Assembly: GCF_016026235.1 (NCBI RefSeq)
Contig: NZ_CP065613.1
Length of the DNA: 64,000 nucleotides
Reading direction: 5' to 3' (one strand)
From: Escherichia coli
GTDB lineage: Bacteria; Pseudomonadota; Gammaproteobacteria; Enterobacterales; Enterobacteriaceae
Shown: positions 52,731 through 63,438 of the stretch, piece by piece
How positions within the stretch are numbered: the first letter of the stretch is position 1
How the letters are laid out: each line of letters opens with the position of its first letter
Notes under the pieces: generated by a model
What the model was told of the DNA's origin: nothing
The model's database searches: none
The model's input: the letters and a program-made list of their open reading frames with translations, nothing else
Program-made: the position numbers and the translations under genes

Positions 52731-53966
52731 TTGATGCCCTTTGATAGTAATGATGACCGTCAATGTGATTCCCCTGCTGACTGGAGGTCTCCGGATAGTA
52801 TGAGTATTACCAACTGCGTTATCGGCCCACTTTACGATGAGCAAATAAAAAAAACACTTATGTATGCTGACCATAAATTCAAGCGGCTAATGAATACACG
52901 AATGTCGTTACTCGAACATTTATCACCCCACTATGACTTATCTTCCATGTTCAGCTATGAGTTGGAGGGAAGAGTTTTTCGGATTAAATTGATCAAGCCT
53001 GAGATTAAATTATCTCGCCAGCAGTTGATCTTCTCCTCACTCTTTTTAGAGCAAGATTTTCTAAAAGAATATAAAAAACACATCTCAAATACTCTACAAA
53101 AAACAATCAAACAGTGCATTAAAAAATACAAACAAAAAATCAAAATCGAGCCTTCTATTTTAGATTACATATCAGCGTCACCCCGCAATACGTCGAGTTA
53201 TGTATTACATGAGATAGTTTCTCAATGTGAACATTGCGATGAAATTCGCAATATTAAAAATGATATATTGCTTGATGAACTAACGTTGAATGGCCGGATC
53301 ACTAACATTTCAAAATACATTAAAAACAGTCAAGATAAAATCGTCGAACATATAGAGTTCTGCACTCATAAACTTGTCAATATAAGTCGTAAGAATCGTC
53401 ACATTTTCAACAGCACCACAATCTCTGGCAGAAAACCCAACATCACTGGTGTTTTACTTTGCCTTTCAGAATTGATAAGCAACCTGCATATTTACCCAAC
53501 TGAAATTAATAATATAAGCAATGCCATAATATTAAGCATTGTATACTCTGTACTTCAACATCTTCAATCCGGAAGAAAAACAGAAAAAACAAAAACCTCT
53601 CCAGCACTGGATTTCATCCCCACCATCATCGCACCTCATGTTTTCTACCTGGCGAAACGCGAAAAATCCTCTCAATATAAATACATTGAAAAAGAATATC
53701 TTCTCGGCCAGTTACTTATATTTTTGATGTATAAAACAGTTTACTACTCGATTCATAACATCAGGGTAAGCCGTAAGCATTTCTATAACGATATAAAACC
53801 AAAATTAATGATACTAAAAAAAGAAAGCTTATTAAGCACCAATTTCATGAAAAATCGAAGAGAGATTAGTGGTGAAGTCTTTGGTGATGTTGGTAGTATT
53901 GAGGCTGATTTTCGAGAAATCAGCACATTGATTCATCGGCGAAAGGCTCTGTTTATTTCCTTTTAA
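52731..53966 (+). CDS. AT-rich hypothetical protein (411 aa), no recognisable motif
   Basis: Long ORF in a strongly AT-rich segment; Lys/Ile/Asn-rich product; start codon uncertain (the first ~25 codons are GC-richer than the rest). Confidence 0.55.
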   Translation: MMPFDSNDDRQCDSPADWRSPDSMSITNCVIGPLYDEQIKKTLMYADHKFKRLMNTRMSLLEHLSPHYDLSSMFSYELEGRVFRIKLIKPEIKLSRQQLIFSSLFLEQDFLKEYKKHISNTLQKTIKQCIKKYKQKIKIEPSILDYISASPRNTSSYVLHEIVSQCEHCDEIRNIKNDILLDELTLNGRITNISKYIKNSQDKIVEHIEFCTHKLVNISRKNRHIFNSTTISGRKPNITGVLLCLSELISNLHIYPTEINNISNAIILSIVYSVLQHLQSGRKTEKTKTSPALDFIPTIIAPHVFYLAKREKSSQYKYIEKEYLLGQLLIFLMYKTVYYSIHNIRVSRKHFYNDIKPKLMILKKESLLSTNFMKNRREISGEVFGDVGSIEADFREISTLIHRRKALFISF

Positions 53967-54368
53967 TCTTTAGAGAACACTATATCATCGTGAAGCAGAG
54001 CTAATTTCAGCCTTGCATAGATCATTATCAATGCCATAGACAGTGTTAATCATATGACATCGTTCCGGTATTGATACTGATTATCAGGCCTTGGTTTTAT
54101 GTAATTTAAACACCACCATCTCTGAAACCTCACAGTGCTCATATTTTAACCATAAAAACTAACCGATTTACACCCGCCACACACCGTCATAACTTATTGT
54201 ATTTAAATAGCTATAAGCCTCTAACTCACTGATTACACCATTAAATTCAAGCCATATCCTTACGCAGATTCAAGCTTGCCCCTGCTGCCATTCACGTTTT
54301 AGGATTACCTCGCTAACACGACATGCTACTTTTTAAATCAGTGTAATAATTCAAACGAGGATAAAATT

Positions 54369-55499
54369 ATGTTCGAGAAAATGAAAAACAATGTAACCCG
54401 TATGCCGGGGAATTTAACAAAACTTAATCAATACCAAAAAGACATTGATCACCTGTCTAAACTATTTTCTGAACAGCAATTACTGGAACTAATGACGACT
54501 ACCGAATCCGATCAAATATTGCAAATGAAGCCTGCTGTAGATATTCTTCATGTACTATCTCCATCAGCATCTACTGCTAAGCATATCAATTTTTTTCAGC
54601 ACGTCCCAGTGCTCGAACAATGGTTAAAAAAGGAGTGCACTGCCTTTAATTTACTGGCAGTACATTTCTATTCACAGCAATCCCGTAAAAATGTAATTCC
54701 GAAAGAAATCTGTATGCTACTGGATGCATTTATTGAAACTGAACTTTCATCTGCGGTTAATGGTAATAATAATGCCGAACTCCTTTCTTGTTTTCAAAAC
54801 ACGCTGGATAAAATGTGCAATACACTAACATTTATAGACCACACAGTTACGGAACAATCAGGTCAAGTAGCAATGCTTGATTTCAGCGCAAAAATGCATG
54901 AATATACTGTTGAAATCAGGACCTTTTTGAAGTCTGAATACTGGCTAAACAAACTACCTAAGGATATTAACATTCCAGCCATTGACCTATCCTGGCTTGT
55001 GTTTTGTTACTTTTGCTCTGAATATCTTTTTGTATTTATTCAAACAACGCTCAATACAATGAAGGCAGGAAAAATCATTCGTGATAACTACCTTTATCAT
55101 CCTAAAATGATTGCATTGATCATTTTATCTATGCTGCCTTATGAAGTCATTCATAACGATGGATCACTGAATAAGTTTAAAACGCCTTTAACCAGCCCTG
55201 ATGAGTTCATAATCAAATCTATTTGCATTAAAGGTAAGCAAAACACTACAGGGCATAAAAAAGATATAGAACAATTGCTTCGTAAGACATATATCTATAT
55301 TGCATTACTCTTAAACCCTGAGTGGGCACCATCTTCCAAGGAGTTGATTTCCTTTTTATCAGGAAAGTCCTCAGTGATAAGTGGTTCACTCAACTTCCAG
55401 TCAACCTCCAGTGGTCTGGGTGTTCAAACAAACAATATAACTCTTCTTAAGAATGAGGTTTACTTCGAAAAAATAGCGAACAAGATCATGAAACTGTAG
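54369..55499 (+). CDS. AT-rich hypothetical protein (376 aa), no recognisable motif
   Basis: Long ORF in an AT-rich segment; RBS-like GAGGA upstream of the ATG. Confidence 0.55.
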   Translation: MFEKMKNNVTRMPGNLTKLNQYQKDIDHLSKLFSEQQLLELMTTTESDQILQMKPAVDILHVLSPSASTAKHINFFQHVPVLEQWLKKECTAFNLLAVHFYSQQSRKNVIPKEICMLLDAFIETELSSAVNGNNNAELLSCFQNTLDKMCNTLTFIDHTVTEQSGQVAMLDFSAKMHEYTVEIRTFLKSEYWLNKLPKDINIPAIDLSWLVFCYFCSEYLFVFIQTTLNTMKAGKIIRDNYLYHPKMIALIILSMLPYEVIHNDGSLNKFKTPLTSPDEFIIKSICIKGKQNTTGHKKDIEQLLRKTYIYIALLLNPEWAPSSKELISFLSGKSSVISGSLNFQSTSSGLGVQTNNITLLKNEVYFEKIANKIMKL

Positions 55500-55642
55500 T
55501 TTCTTAATATAATGGCGACATGGAATTGTGTTGCCATTATATCCGAATCTGCGTTTTTTCACCTGATGAACTGTGAAAGCTGTAACTGGCAGACTATAAC
55601 CTCACATCGTATTTTTCCAGTGTCATTTACAGGAGAAATACG

Positions 55643-56779
55643 ATGCCTATTCTGGATCTGCGTTTCAGCAACAAATCAATTCACCAACTTCCACATCCCC
55701 TCACGGGTTGTCAGGAATACCGTGATATTCACTGCCAAAACCTGCGTGCTCTGGTGTATCCCAATCGGATCACGCTGGCCTTTCGTGCCACTATAAACAA
55801 TCAGCGTATATATGAAACCCTGGGTCAGTTCCCTCAGCTCTGCGTTGAGGATGCCCGTCAGCATGTGATGAAACTGCTTGCTGATAAAAATCGTCTTGCG
55901 GTTCAGTCCCGTCGATTCACTGTGGAACAGGCCATCAATGACCTGTGGCTACCGGATTTGCAGTTGTATAAAAAGAGTCCTCAGTCAGAGTTGTCAAAAC
56001 TCAACCTCTACGTTCGCCCGTTCTGGGGCAAGCGGCAACTTCGCGACATCACGGCAGGAGAACTAGAACAATATGCTGCTGGCTTACGGGAAAAATTACG
56101 TCCGTCAACAGTAAACCGTATCCTCGCAATATTGTCCAAAATATGCTCTCTGGCAGTACGTGCTGGATGGATCACACATTCCCCGATGTCACATGTCCGC
56201 TATCTGAAAGAAAATAACATTCGCTATCGCACACTGTCAGCGACAGAAATCCCGCGCTTTATTGACGCGGCAACAGCGCTGCAAACACCGGCAGCTGATT
56301 CTATATTGCTTGCTCTTTATACGGGGATGCGTATTGGTGAGGTATGTACCCTGAAATGGGAGTACTGGCACCCGGATATGCATCAACTCATACTGCCTGA
56401 TACAAAGTCCGGACACCCTTTCACCTGCCCACTTGCACCTCCAGCCATTGCAGTTGTCCAGTGCCAGCAGGACCTGATGCTCAGCAAAACTTACATTTTT
56501 CCACAACTAACCGACAATGCCCGCCCTCTGGCATATCCGCGTGCAACCTTTGCCCGTATTTGCCGGGATGCCGACATTGATAACCTGCGGATGCATGACC
56601 TGCGCCGTACCTTTGCCACCCGGGTACTACAGGCGACCGGGGATATTGCAATCGCTTCCCATCTGCTAAATCACCATTCACTCACGGCGACCCGTCGCTA
56701 CGCTTTTCACAATGCAGCGACATCACACGCAGTGGTTTCTCAGGTCATAGAAAGTTATGACACAAAAATGAACCTATGA
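55643..56779 (+). CDS. int: Tyrosine recombinase / phage-type integrase (378 aa)
   Basis: C-terminal catalytic motifs (MRIGEVCTLKW, HDLRRTFATRVL, LNHHSLTATRRYAFH) and an N-terminal arm-type region (FSNKSIHQLP). Confidence 0.85.
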   Translation: MPILDLRFSNKSIHQLPHPLTGCQEYRDIHCQNLRALVYPNRITLAFRATINNQRIYETLGQFPQLCVEDARQHVMKLLADKNRLAVQSRRFTVEQAINDLWLPDLQLYKKSPQSELSKLNLYVRPFWGKRQLRDITAGELEQYAAGLREKLRPSTVNRILAILSKICSLAVRAGWITHSPMSHVRYLKENNIRYRTLSATEIPRFIDAATALQTPAADSILLALYTGMRIGEVCTLKWEYWHPDMHQLILPDTKSGHPFTCPLAPPAIAVVQCQQDLMLSKTYIFPQLTDNARPLAYPRATFARICRDADIDNLRMHDLRRTFATRVLQATGDIAIASHLLNHHSLTATRRYAFHNAATSHAVVSQVIESYDTKMNL

Positions 56780-56921
56780 TCTGTGATTCGTGATTGATGC
56801 AACACTCGTTTAAGGACGGTATTGTCATTGCATGCTTCTGCAGGGCCCTGCATTAAGTCATCACAGAATGTGGATTGATATTAAATCCGCGTGGCTTCTT
56901 ATTCTCTGAAACCGGAGGTTT

Positions 56922-57050
56922 ATGTATTTAACCATTAAGCAGTTCGCAGAAAGATTTAATCTTTCTGCATCCACGGTTGCGTCAGATATATCGCGCAACC
57001 CCGGAAAACTCCCGCCCTTCATCAGAATTGGGCGGGCTATACGATTCTCT
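56922..57050 (+). pseudogene. AlpA-family helix-turn-helix regulator/excisionase-like gene truncated by IS1
   Basis: MYLTIKQFAERFNLSASTVASDISRNPGKLPPFIRIGRAIRF resembles AlpA-type HTH proteins; the reading frame runs into the IS1 terminal repeat at 57051. Confidence 0.6.
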
Positions 57051-57818
57051 GGTAATGACTCCAACTTACTGATAGTGTTTTATGTTCAGATAATGCCCGA
57101 TGACCTTGTCATGCAGCTCCACCGATTTTGAGAACGACAGTGACTTCCGTCCCAGCCTTGCCAGATGTTGTCTCAGATTCAGATTATGTCGCTCAATGCG
57201 CTGAGTGTAACGCTTGCTGATAACGTGCAGCTTTCCCTTCAGGCGTGATTCATACAGCGGCCAGCCATCCGTCATCCATACCACGACCTCAAAGGCCGAC
57301 AGCAGGCTCAGAAGACGCTCCAGTGTGGCCAGAGTGCGTTCACCGAAGACGTGCGCCACAACCGTCCTCCGTATCCTGTCATACGCGTAAAACAGCCAGC
57401 GCTGACGTGATTTAGCACCGACGTAGCCCCACTGTTCGTCCATTTCAGCGCAGACAATCACATCACTGCCCGGTTGTATGCGCGAGGTTACCGACTGCGG
57501 CCTGAGTTTTTTAAGTGACGTAAAACCGTGTTGAGGCCAACGCCCATAATGCGTGCACTGGCGCGACATCCGACGCCATTCATGGCCATATCAATGATTT
57601 TCTGGTGCGTACCGGGCTGAGAGGCGGTGTAAGTGAACTGTAGTTGCCATGTTTTACGGCAATGAGAGCAGAGATAGCGCTGATGTCCGGCAGTGCTTTT
57701 GCCGTTACGCACCACGCCTTCAGTAGCGGAGCAGGAAGGACATCTGATGGAAATGGAAGCCACGCAAGCACCTTAAAATCACCATCATACACTAAATCAG
57801 TAAGTTGGCAGCATTACC
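57051..57818 (-). mobile_element. IS1 (768 bp), divergent isoform, no target site duplication
   Basis: Terminal repeats GGTAATGACTCCAACTTA (57051..) and GGTAATGCTGCCAACTTACTG (reverse complement at 57818); insA 57488..57763 and insB 57066..57569 differ at several residues from the IS1 copy at 36342. Flanking 9-mers differ (CGATTCTCT vs CATCTTCAA). Confidence 0.9.
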
Positions 57819-57935
57819 CATCTTCAAATGGGAGTACCAGCTCTGTTTTCAACAGACTCATTACTGACTCCGGAAGAAGGAGCGACGGCAGGTCTTGCCA
57901 GTTCGAGACAAATTTCATTGAATAATCCTCATAAA

Positions 57936-57972
57936 CAAAAAACCCGATACGATTAACGTATCGGGGTTTTTA
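57936..57972. terminator. Bidirectional rho-independent terminator
   Basis: Hairpin CCCGATACG-ATTAA-CGTATCGGG flanked by A-run and T-run. Confidence 0.6.
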
Positions 57973-58013
57973 TACATCCGCATAACTATTATTTACAGTT
58001 ATTGGTTTTCTAT

Positions 58014-58256
58014 TTAAATTCTTTCATAATACCCACAGTCCATACAGATAAGCACTGGCGCATTATTTCTTTCACACTGTTCAAGGAATCCAAATAGTTT
58101 TTTAATAGCCTTAATAATTTCTTTCAGTATTTCAGGTAAAAACTCCAGGCTAATATACCCAGAGCGTTTATTATCGGTTATCGATGGCAGTTTTCCTGCT
58201 GAACTTATCAATGTATTACAACTGCCACACTGTGGGCATTTTAAATGCATCCTCAT
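58014..58256 (-). CDS. Small zinc-ribbon protein (80 aa), AT-rich
   Basis: Two CxxC pairs (CPQCGSC ... CMDCGYY). Confidence 0.5.
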   Translation of the reverse strand: MRMHLKCPQCGSCNTLISSAGKLPSITDNKRSGYISLEFLPEILKEIIKAIKKLFGFLEQCERNNAPVLICMDCGYYERI

Positions 58257-58286
58257 TCTCCATATTTATAGTTTGCTAAAAAGTAG

Positions 58287-59516
58287 TCACATCTGCTTCG
58301 TAGCCGCAGTATTCAGAAGCAGGTCAGTCACTCCCTGCCCTGTCTGACGCATACGTTCCGGTGTTAATTTCGCGTAACGTTCTGTACTCTGAATACTGGC
58401 ATGCGCCAGTTGGGCTTTAACGTCATACAGGCTGAATTGACCACTCGAAACCAGTAAAGAGGCAACAGAATGACGTGTGGTGTGAAAACAGACTTCATTC
58501 TTGTCTATACCGCACTGTGCCAGTATTTTTTCATATGCCCATCGGGGTTCCGATATCGGTTTTCCATTATCCTTAATGGCGAACAGATACGGATTACTGC
58601 CAACTCGTGGGATAGCATCAATAATCGATAATGCGGCATCGCTTAGATATACCGTCCGACTGCGACCATTTTTTGTATAAGGAATGAACAGAGTACGATT
58701 GGCCCGGTCGATATGTTCATGCCTGACATTAAGCATTTCTGATTTGCGTGTACCGGTTAACAACAACATGGCTATCAATCCCCCGGCAGCTTTGTTGGGA
58801 TATTGGGTAGCAGCGTCAAGAATGCGCCTGATCTCATCAGCATCAAAAAAGCGCGTCCGCTGATTATTCTCTTTCAGTAAAGGGATCTTATCGGCTTCAT
58901 TCTTTTCCAGCACATCCTGTCGCAACGCATAACGCCCCATCGTTTTCAGAATAGCAAGGGCTCTGTTACAGGTAGACGGCGCATATTGCTGCCCGTGAAT
59001 ACGCCCCTCCAGCATGTCAAACAGCACCTGTTGTATCTCTCTGGCCCTGAGATCGCAGTAACGTATCTTTCCCAGACGAGGTTCAATGTATTGCGTGAAA
59101 CGCTGAACATCCTTATCCCAGGACTTTTTATGGCGTTTGATGAACGGAACATAGGTCTGGTGAAAAAACTCACTAAGTGTTGGCATCGCACGATAATTAT
59201 CGCGTTCTGCTTTAGGGTCATTTCCCAGTGCAATCGCCTCCTTATGACGGCGAGCTATCTGGCGAGCTGTCCCCACATCAATTTCAGGGAATCTGCCAAT
59301 ACTGATACTTTTTTTGGTACCGTGGAATGTGTAGCGCAGGAGGAAACGTTTGTTACCCGTTCGACCTGAGAGACATTTGAGGCCAATAACTTCGGTATCA
59401 GATACCTCAAGCTCTGTAGATCTGGTATCTGTGTTTGCCGGAAGGGCTTTGATGGATGAATTGGTGAATCGGAAGGATTTTTGCATATTTATCCTCATGT
59501 ATCTGATTGATATCAT
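58287..59516 (-). CDS. int: Tyrosine recombinase / P4-type integrase (about 400 aa; start may be a downstream Met)
   Basis: Arm-type N-terminus (FRFTNSSIKALP), catalytic motifs (LLLTGTRKSEMLNVRHEHI, HTTRHSVASLL, STERYAKL); located close to the tRNA-Leu end of the island. Confidence 0.85.
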   Translation of the reverse strand: MISIRYMRINMQKSFRFTNSSIKALPANTDTRSTELEVSDTEVIGLKCLSGRTGNKRFLLRYTFHGTKKSISIGRFPEIDVGTARQIARRHKEAIALGNDPKAERDNYRAMPTLSEFFHQTYVPFIKRHKKSWDKDVQRFTQYIEPRLGKIRYCDLRAREIQQVLFDMLEGRIHGQQYAPSTCNRALAILKTMGRYALRQDVLEKNEADKIPLLKENNQRTRFFDADEIRRILDAATQYPNKAAGGLIAMLLLTGTRKSEMLNVRHEHIDRANRTLFIPYTKNGRSRTVYLSDAALSIIDAIPRVGSNPYLFAIKDNGKPISEPRWAYEKILAQCGIDKNEVCFHTTRHSVASLLVSSGQFSLYDVKAQLAHASIQSTERYAKLTPERMRQTGQGVTDLLLNTAATKQM

Positions 59517-59566
59517 GGAGATAATATATATCTGAAGGTGTTTTTATTACGGGGCAGGATTGAAGA

Positions 59567-60307
59567 ATGGAAAAGCTATTAGACGCGTACAAACGGATAT
59601 TACAGGAAGTTGACGCCCAGTCATTTAACCTGAATGAGGATAAATACTCAGGCGTCTTTTTACCCGTGCCCTTTGAAGAATACTGGCACTCACCGGTAAA
59701 AATCATACTGGTTGGACGTGAAACCGCTGGCTGGAATACTCTGAATGGTAAGAACACGATATCACGGGTGCTGGGACTTATACCTGACGTCACCATCGGG
59801 CAGGTGGTTGGAGAGGCTGTAGATCGTTACAGGAATCATCTTCCGGTACAAAATGATGGCACCACGAACCTCAAATCACGTAGCCGCTTCACGCAGTATC
59901 ATTTCCGGCTGGCCCGGGAGCTTAATATTCCTCCTCAGGCTATCGTGTATGCCAATCTACTGGCGTGGGATTACGACGGACTGACCCCTCTCAATCGCCC
60001 TCAAAATGAAGTGCAGGAAGTTATATTAGCCTCGCTGAAGCTGCTGGCGGTACAAATTAAACACCTTGAGCCTGATTTCATCATCTTTGCATCCGGAGCC
60101 CGGAGAACAGACTACATCATAAAACAGGTGCTTACTGAGCTGGGCGGCTATGAGACTTCTGCAGTCATTCCGGGGAAGCTATGGGAGTTCAAAACAGGTA
60201 ATGCAATCTGTTTCAGAATTGCCCATCCACGGGCTATGCGCGGACACCAGAAGTACAGAGATGAGGTGATTGCACGAATTAAGCAACTTTGTACTCAGGG
60301 TGGCTAG
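59567..60307 (+). CDS. Hypothetical protein (246 aa) between integrase and leuZ
   Basis: Long ORF with RBS-like sequence; no confident family assignment from sequence alone. Confidence 0.55.
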   Translation: MEKLLDAYKRILQEVDAQSFNLNEDKYSGVFLPVPFEEYWHSPVKIILVGRETAGWNTLNGKNTISRVLGLIPDVTIGQVVGEAVDRYRNHLPVQNDGTTNLKSRSRFTQYHFRLARELNIPPQAIVYANLLAWDYDGLTPLNRPQNEVQEVILASLKLLAVQIKHLEPDFIIFASGARRTDYIIKQVLTELGGYETSAVIPGKLWEFKTGNAICFRIAHPRAMRGHQKYRDEVIARIKQLCTQGG

Positions 60308-60481
60308 AGCATTACAGCTTGCTCAGCGGCCCCCTTCCCGGAAGCGTACCGGAAAACAGGCAAAGCGGCCTGGTTCTCTATGCTGGAAGCGACACGTTCG
60401 ATTCGGCATTGCCAGGCTGAAGATTGCAGCTCATCGCACCCCGTGAGCACAGGATATGCACAGGACATGAATTTCAGGCAC

Positions 60482-60601
60482 AAAAAAACCACCCGGAGGT
60501 GGTTTCACGACACTGCTTATTGCTTTGATTATTCTTGTCTTTCCCATGGTACCCGGAGCGGGACTTGAACCCGCACAGCGCGAACGCCGAGGGATTTTAA
60601 A
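60482..60601. repeat. Right direct repeat of the island (leuZ 3' part plus downstream terminator hairpin)
   Basis: About 95% identical to 32003..32114. Confidence 0.85.
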
Positions 60602-60633
60602 TCCCTTGTGTCTACCGATTCCACCATCCGGGC
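60547..60633 (-). tRNA. leuZ: tRNA-Leu (anticodon UAA)
   Basis: Reverse complement reads GCCCGGATGGTGGAATCGGTAGACACAAGGGATTTAAAATCCCTCGGCGTTCGCGCTGTGCGGGTTCAAGTCCCGCTCCGGGTACCA. Confidence 0.95.
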
Positions 60634-60645
60634 TCGGGAAGAAAA

Positions 60646-60719
60646 TGGAGGCGCGTTCCGGAGTCGAACCGGACTAGACGGATTTGCAATCCGCTACATA
60701 ACCGCTTTGTTAACGCGCC
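60646..60719 (-). tRNA. cysT: tRNA-Cys (anticodon GCA)
   Basis: Reverse complement reads GGCGCGTTAACAAAGCGGTTATGTAGCGGATTGCAAATCCGTCTAGTCCGGTTCGACTCCGGAACGCGCCTCCA. Confidence 0.95.
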
Positions 60720-60773
60720 AAATTCTTCAGGCCTTTCAGCCAGACATCCGCTTGACGCCGATGTCTTTTAAAC

Positions 60774-60849
<76 letters not shown>

Positions 60850-61000
60850 ATTCATCAAGCAATCAGTTAATCACTTGATTTTATTATCGTCTGGCAATCA
60901 GTGCCGCCGTTCGATGCGTTGCATTCTACTTACCTGGCGCGATGAGTCAACGATATTTTTCACCACTTTTGATCGTTTGCTGAAAATTACGCCGAAACGA

Positions 61001-61549
61001 TCACTGATCAAGCAAATCTGCACGCGCAGCGCTCAAATATTGCAACATTGACCACAGAGTCAGTACCGCAGCCACAAAGAAAAGTGCAATACCGGCGTAC
61101 TCAACCCAAATGTTCGGACGCCACAGCAGCCAGGCCAACGCCACCATCTGGGCAGTGGTTTTCACTTTCCCAATCCAGGAGACAGCCACGCTACTGCGTT
61201 TACCCAACTCCGCCATCCATTCGCGTAGCGCAGAAATAATAATTTCACGGGCGATCATCGTTGCCGCCGGTAGGGTCACCCACCAGCTGTGATAATGCTC
61301 GGTTACCAGCACCATGGCGATAGCCACGAGAACTTTATCTGCTACAGGGTCAAGGAAAGCACCAAACCGGGTACTCTGGTTCCAGCGGCGTGCCAGAAAA
61401 CCATCGAACCAGTCAGTCACCGCCGCGACGCAGAAAATGAGCGCGGCGGCAAACGGCGACCAGGTGACAGGCAGATAAAAGACCAATACAAAGAATGGGA
61501 TAAGGATGACACGGAACAGTGTAAGCAACGTAGGGATATTAAATTGCAT
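61001..61549 (-). CDS. pgsA: CDP-diacylglycerol--glycerol-3-phosphate 3-phosphatidyltransferase PgsA (182 aa)
   Basis: Full-length match [27 protein letters not shown]...; CDP-alcohol phosphatidyltransferase motif [10 protein letters not shown]. Confidence 0.94.
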
Positions 61550-61605
61550 AATGACGGGTAACTATCTGTTGTCAGTAAGATTACCCCTATGTTGCTACAG
61601 AGACA

Positions 61606-63438
61606 TCAATGTTTCAACGACCAGAAGATCTTTTCTGCCAGACCTTGCGAAATACCCGGCACTTTTGCAATTTCCTCGACGCTGGCGTTACGTAAACCTT
61701 GCAAACCGCCCATATATTTCAACAACATTTGCCGACGTTTTGGCCCGACGCCTTCAATGGTTTCCAGGGAACTGGTATTTTTGACTTTCGCCCGTTTTTT
61801 ACGGTGCCCGCCAATCGCGTGATCATGTGATTCATCGCGAATATGCTGGATAACATGCAGCGCGGGTGAATCTGGCGGCAAACTAAATCCCTCACCTTCC
61901 GGCTCAAAGAACAGCGTTTCCAGTCCAGCCTTACGATCTGCTCCTTTGGCAACGCCAAGTAGCAGCGGATGATTTTTATCCCATGAGACATCCAGTTCGG
62001 CGAAGACATTTTTCGCCTGCGCAAGCTGGCCTTTGCCGCCGTCGATAAGGATCACATCCGGGATCTTACTGTCGTCAATGGCTTTACCATAACGCCGACG
62101 CAGCACCTGATTCATCGCCGCATAATCATCGCCCGGCGTAATGCCAGTAATGTTATAGCGCCGATACTCCGCACGCAGCGGGCCGTTAGCATCAAACACC
62201 ACACAGGAGGCGACGGTTTGTTCACCCATGGTATGGCTGATGTCAAAGCACTCCATCCGCTTCACTTCCGGCAATTTCAACACGCTGGCAAGCGCGGTCA
62301 GCCGCTGGTGAACGGTAGATTGCTGCGAAAGTTTGCTGGTTAAGGCCGTCGCCGCATTGGTACGCGCGAGTTTCAGATAACGCGCTCTATCGCCACGAGG
62401 TTTGGTTTGAACATTAATCTTGCGTCCCGCCAGTTCTGAAAGGGAATCGGCGAGCAGCGTTTTATCGCTAAGATTAAAATCGAGCAGGATCTCACCCGGT
62501 AAGGTGCGCATCTGGCTGCCTTGTAAATAGAACTGACCTACGAAGGTTTCCACCACCTCGCTCAGTTCCGTACCGCCAGGCACTTTCGGGAAATAGCTGC
62601 GGCTGCCGAGCACTTTGCCCTGACGAATGAACAATACGTGGACACAAGCCATGCCCGCATCGAACGCCACACCAATAACGTCAAGGTCGTCGCCGGTATT
62701 AGAAACAAACTGTTTTTCGGTGACGCGTCGCACCGCCTGAATTTGGTCGCGAATACGTGCCGCTTCTTCAAACTCCAGATTCTGGCTGGCAGTTTCCATA
62801 CGGCTAATCAGTTGCGTAAGCACCTGATCATCTTTGCCAGACAAAAACAGGCGCACATACTCGACCTGCTGAGCGTATTCTTCTTCACTCACCAGTCCTT
62901 CAACGCACGGTCCCAGACAGCGCCCTATCTGATATTGCAGACACGGACGCGAGCGATTGCGATAAACACTATTTTCGCACTGGCGAATGAGGAATATCTT
63001 TTGCAGTAGCGCCAGTGTTTCACGTACGGCATAGCCATTCGGGAACGGGCCGAAATATTCACCTTTGGCATGCTTCGCACCACGATGCATCGCCAGACGC
63101 GGGTGGGTATCGCCACTCAGGAAGATAAAAGGATAAGATTTATCATCGCGTAGCAAAACGTTGTAACGCGGCTGATAGAGTTTGATGTAGTTGTGTTCCA
63201 GCAACAGCGCTTCGGTTTCTGTGTGAGTAACCGTTACATCAATTTGCTGGATCTGGGCGACCAGCGCTTCGGTTTTGCGCGAAGCGAGGTTGCTACGGAA
63301 ATAGCTGGAAAGCCGTTTTTTCAGGTCTTTCGCTTTGCCGACATAGATAACCGTACCACCAGCATCGTACATGCGATAAACGCCTGGCTGGCTGGTTACG
63401 GTTTTTAAAAACGCTTTTGCGTCAAACTGATCACTCAC
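61606..63438 (-). CDS. uvrC: Excinuclease ABC subunit C UvrC (610 aa)
   Basis: Full-length match with GIY-YIG N-terminal domain ([24 protein letters not shown]). Confidence 0.95.
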   Translation of the reverse strand: MSDQFDAKAFLKTVTSQPGVYRMYDAGGTVIYVGKAKDLKKRLSSYFRSNLASRKTEALVAQIQQIDVTVTHTETEALLLEHNYIKLYQPRYNVLLRDDKSYPFIFLSGDTHPRLAMHRGAKHAKGEYFGPFPNGYAVRETLALLQKIFLIRQCENSVYRNRSRPCLQYQIGRCLGPCVEGLVSEEEYAQQVEYVRLFLSGKDDQVLTQLISRMETASQNLEFEEAARIRDQIQAVRRVTEKQFVSNTGDDLDVIGVAFDAGMACVHVLFIRQGKVLGSRSYFPKVPGGTELSEVVETFVGQFYLQGSQMRTLPGEILLDFNLSDKTLLADSLSELAGRKINVQTKPRGDRARYLKLARTNAATALTSKLSQQSTVHQRLTALASVLKLPEVKRMECFDISHTMGEQTVASCVVFDANGPLRAEYRRYNITGITPGDDYAAMNQVLRRRYGKAIDDSKIPDVILIDGGKGQLAQAKNVFAELDVSWDKNHPLLLGVAKGADRKAGLETLFFEPEGEGFSLPPDSPALHVIQHIRDESHDHAIGGHRKKRAKVKNTSSLETIEGVGPKRRQMLLKYMGGLQGLRNASVEEIAKVPGISQGLAEKIFWSLKH

